Shown here: positions 61,101 to 64,000 of the stretch, one piece after another
Numbering within the stretch: the first letter of the stretch is position 1
How the letters are laid out: the number at the start of each line of letters is the position of its first letter
Origin: Hyphochytrium catenoides
Taxonomy: Eukaryota > Protista > Hyphochytriomycota
Assembly (NCBI GenBank): GCA_900088475.1
Contig: FLMG01000787.1
Span: forward strand, 62,001 to 126,000
Direction: 5' to 3'
Length of the DNA stretch: 64,000 bases
Position numbers and translations under genes: made by a program
The notes under the pieces: model-generated
The model's input: only the letters and a program-made list of their open reading frames with translations
Database searches by the model: none
Told to the model about the DNA's origin: nothing

Positions 61101-61602
61101 CCAGTAGAGCTGTCAGTCAAAGTAGCGATAACGCATTAACTGTCAACCTGAGTCACCTGTAGGCATTGTCCATCGATAAAGTCGGGGAAGATGCTCTTAT
61201 AGTTGCGCTTGAATGACTCCGTGGTATGCGGAGAGAGCAAGTCCAGCAACTCCAGCAGATCAGCCTGCACCTCTGTCACTCCACGCATAAGGAAATACGT
61301 TGACCGCTCACCGGAGCTTGATGTGCGAGTCAGTATCGCCTTGGAGATAGTTACGGATTTCTTGTCCTGTATATGCAAGCAGTCACTGGGTTAATATCTA
61401 TTCCCCTCGACTATTTGGGAGGGATACCGGTCTATAGGACTACCTCGACAAAGAGCCATTGTATGGACGGATCATTGCTATTCAGGCGGACAAACTGTTG
61501 AGCCTTCGTTCTCATATGGCTTCTGTACTTAGAGTGCTCCTCGGGCGAGATCCCGGCCTTGGGCGGCACAGCCAAACTGGAGCTCGACTCTGCTCTACGC
61601 AT
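58174..61602 (-). CDS. START-like + FYVE zinc-finger protein with a coiled coil and a PUB-like C-terminus, multi-exon
   Basis: START-like SLKWAAYE...RDFVYLE and FIRGQIHRTGFIL. FYVE WVPDD..CNLC...RSRHHCRSCGEVVC..C...VRVCTAC. A phase-0 intron after DARSLM joins the 58174..59721 ORF. The start codon (MRRAESS) is tentative. Confidence 0.8.
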
Positions 61603-64000
61603 CGCTTTAACAGTCCAGTGCGTAGGTCTTCTCTGATCAGTTGTAGGCAACAGTCGTAGGCTACGTCATAATAATTATCTATGCCAGCCAGCAGAAAGTG
61701 AACGATAATCGATCTAATTGCACCCACGATGGCCGAAGTTTCACGGCTTGTTGTTGGAGTTGCGCTACGAAGGATGGGAGCTCTGCAAAGGAAGACAACG
61801 AAGAGCCTAACCGTCCACCCACTGTGGAAGCGAGGGTGGTACTATGTGTGCGGAGCTGAGCTGGCGCCCGGCTACTCTCGTCTGGCGCAAGTTATATCGC
61901 TTGAATCAACAGATCATCTCGTCTTCCTCTTGTCGCCTTGCCTGTCTCGCCTCCTCTTTTCTTCCCCCCATCTTCCCAGGAGACTAGATTCTTAGCCTTC
62001 CTCGTCTTCTCTCTCCCTCCTCGTTCTTCTCTCTTCCTTGCATCTGCCTGGCGTCTTCGCGTCGCTCGAAAGTGAAGGTTCAACGCCGGCAGCAGCAGCA
62101 GCGGATGAGAGAGAGGAGAGAGGAAGGACTTCATGCTCCAGAGCCACAGAAACGATTGAAGCGGGACGTGTGGTTTTGTCCATTAGTCTGAGGTTATGCG
62201 CTATAATATGTGTGAGGCTGTTTGCAGTATGGAGGATTAGTAGAGTGAGTGAGAGAGAAAAGGACATGAGTTTGGAGGCTGCATTGTACTTTCGACATTG
62301 TCCTGTTTCGTAGCCGCATCCACAGAACTGTACTAATTTCGAATAAGATGACTTTTGTGCAGGATGGGAACGCATGGCGGGTGTAACGGCCGAAGTGCAC
62401 TTGTGGTGTGATCGGGACGAGCCAACCGACATACACCTCCTTTCCTTTGTCACTTGGACCTGGTCTCAGAGAGCCCAGCTTATCTCCAAACATCAACTTG
62501 TACTTGTAGTAACAATGAGCCACCAGAAAGAAGCGCAGTTGCAATGTTGATCGAGGTCGCAGAAAGGTCAAGAATCGTATTGCTGCTAAGCCCACAACGA
62601 ACGACGCTGGTAAGCCGTGTAAGCGTTCTCCTCTCCCCTGACTGCTTGAAGAGATTGTGCTGGTACTCGCTTCCCCTCTTCTGGCGTCACCACTACTACC
62701 ATCATTGCATTGCCGCTCCGCCGCCTCCTAGCGCCTTTTTGCGGCGGCAACCTCTGGCGTCATCACCACACCATTGCCCCACCTCTCATCATCTACCTCT
62801 TCTTGCGTCAGGGTCATCTGGCGTCACAACCATTGCCGCGACGGCCACCCATCTAGCTCCTTTCTTGCGTCGACCATCTCCATCGGAGAACGACAGTAGT
62901 GTTGTCGCTACTGAACCTGGTTATCGGATAGAGTTCATAAGTACTCAGTCCACCCTTAAAGTCATAACCTTACTGTTATGCTAATGCTCTACGAACGTAT
63001 TGTCAAGGACGAGATCACTTAAGGTACTGCTCTATGGCATGAGACTCGGATGATTAGGAGACCAAGAGCTAAGCTGTAGAACCTAAATAAAGAGACAAGA
63101 AAGAACACAGACTCCTCCTGGCGCTAAGTCTACGAAGCGTAGTCCTGAGCTAATTCGTGTCTTTCATCTCTTCGTTTGTTTCTCTTCTCTTCTTCGTCGA
63201 TTATCTCTCTTTTTCGATAACCATAGAGTCTCTCTCTCGCTTTAACACTCCCTGCGAGCTTTCTTCTTGTCTTCTCTCTCTCTGTCCCTTCTCTCTGTCG
63301 CTCTTTCCTCTTCTTTCCCAGTAGCTTCCCTTTTTCCCTCCTGTTGCTGAAGAGATAAAGTCAGAAAAGAACTGAGTGAAGATATTCTCTGCAACCTTTG
63401 TATCAAAGGAGGCGCGACCAACTAACATGATGAAGTAGTAAAGTCTATTGACTCTGTAACAAGCACGTGGATCTTGCACAACGGTATAACGAACATTTAG
63501 TTGGCCGAAAGACGGAAGATGGGAAACTGGTGACGGTCGACTGTTAACCTTGTTGAAAGAAAAGGGTGGATGTACCATCTTTGATTGAGAATGGCTATCT
63601 GGTCTGCATGTAGTAACGCACTGTCCACGGCCTTCCAGGAACACTGACGCAGTTGTGCTTGCTCGCAACAGACCCGCCGGCAGGGACATAACTGTTCCAC
63701 TGGAGTTGCGATGAGCAACACCTGTTTATGCCTGGCATAAGAGTGGGCCCTCTTGTGGCTGCTTCAACTAAGGTGACTGTAGTCAACAGCTTCGGGATAT
63801 CATCAGGCCTCTACTTCAATATCGCCCAAGGCGTTCTCAAGCAGGAAGATGCAGCACCTTTGGTCATCTGAAGCTTATCTATCAAAGAGTAATGGCCGGC
63901 ACGAATGAAGTCGCGAAAGAAAGAGCAGGGTTTACTTATTCCCGTAGCTCTAGTGAGTCCGTTGGCTAATCGAGGATAGTCTCGGGGGCGAATTAGTATG

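Noticed and set aside
1-64000. Genome-wide UGA reassignment or non-canonical introns
   Set aside because: TGA is an ordinary stop in other genes (17647, 52078, 58174), Trp is TGG, and every intron I resolved is GT-AG.
62450-64000. ORFs at the window end
   Set aside because: Low-complexity or intron-like CT-rich sequence, possibly the UTR or introns of a gene extending beyond the window; no supportable product.

Overview
Eukaryotic nuclear DNA from a compact, intron-rich genome. Introns are canonical GT-AG, often CT-rich and about 40-350 nt long, and the standard code applies. Gene content (DRC10, an EF-hand/EML protein, a START-FYVE protein, an oomycete-type metallophosphoesterase) suggests a flagellated stramenopile; this is inference only. 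I assembled about 18 protein genes by hand across introns: TMEM14, a SMYD-like SET protein, a secreted purple-acid-phosphatase-like enzyme, a kinase-like ORF in a degenerate island, an SCPEP1-like carboxypeptidase, DRC10/IQCD, mitochondrial uS5m, a PhyH-like dioxygenase, a MED30-like protein, a DsbA-like thioredoxin, a small hypothetical protein, UFC1, a K+-independent H+-PPase, EF-hand/EML, ELG1/ATAD5, a class I methyltransferase, a DUF229-like protein and START-FYVE. I saw no rRNA, tRNA, CRISPR array or intact transposon. Most notable: a single in-frame TGA next to a metal-ligand motif in an otherwise intact phosphoesterase; a 4-unit ~58-bp degenerate palindromic array with compensatory changes; a TATA-preceded two-hairpin RNA candidate; a probable MED30 hidden by splicing; and several unusual domain fusions. 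I cannot claim a confirmed new biological system. All family calls come from motif recognition, not database searches.
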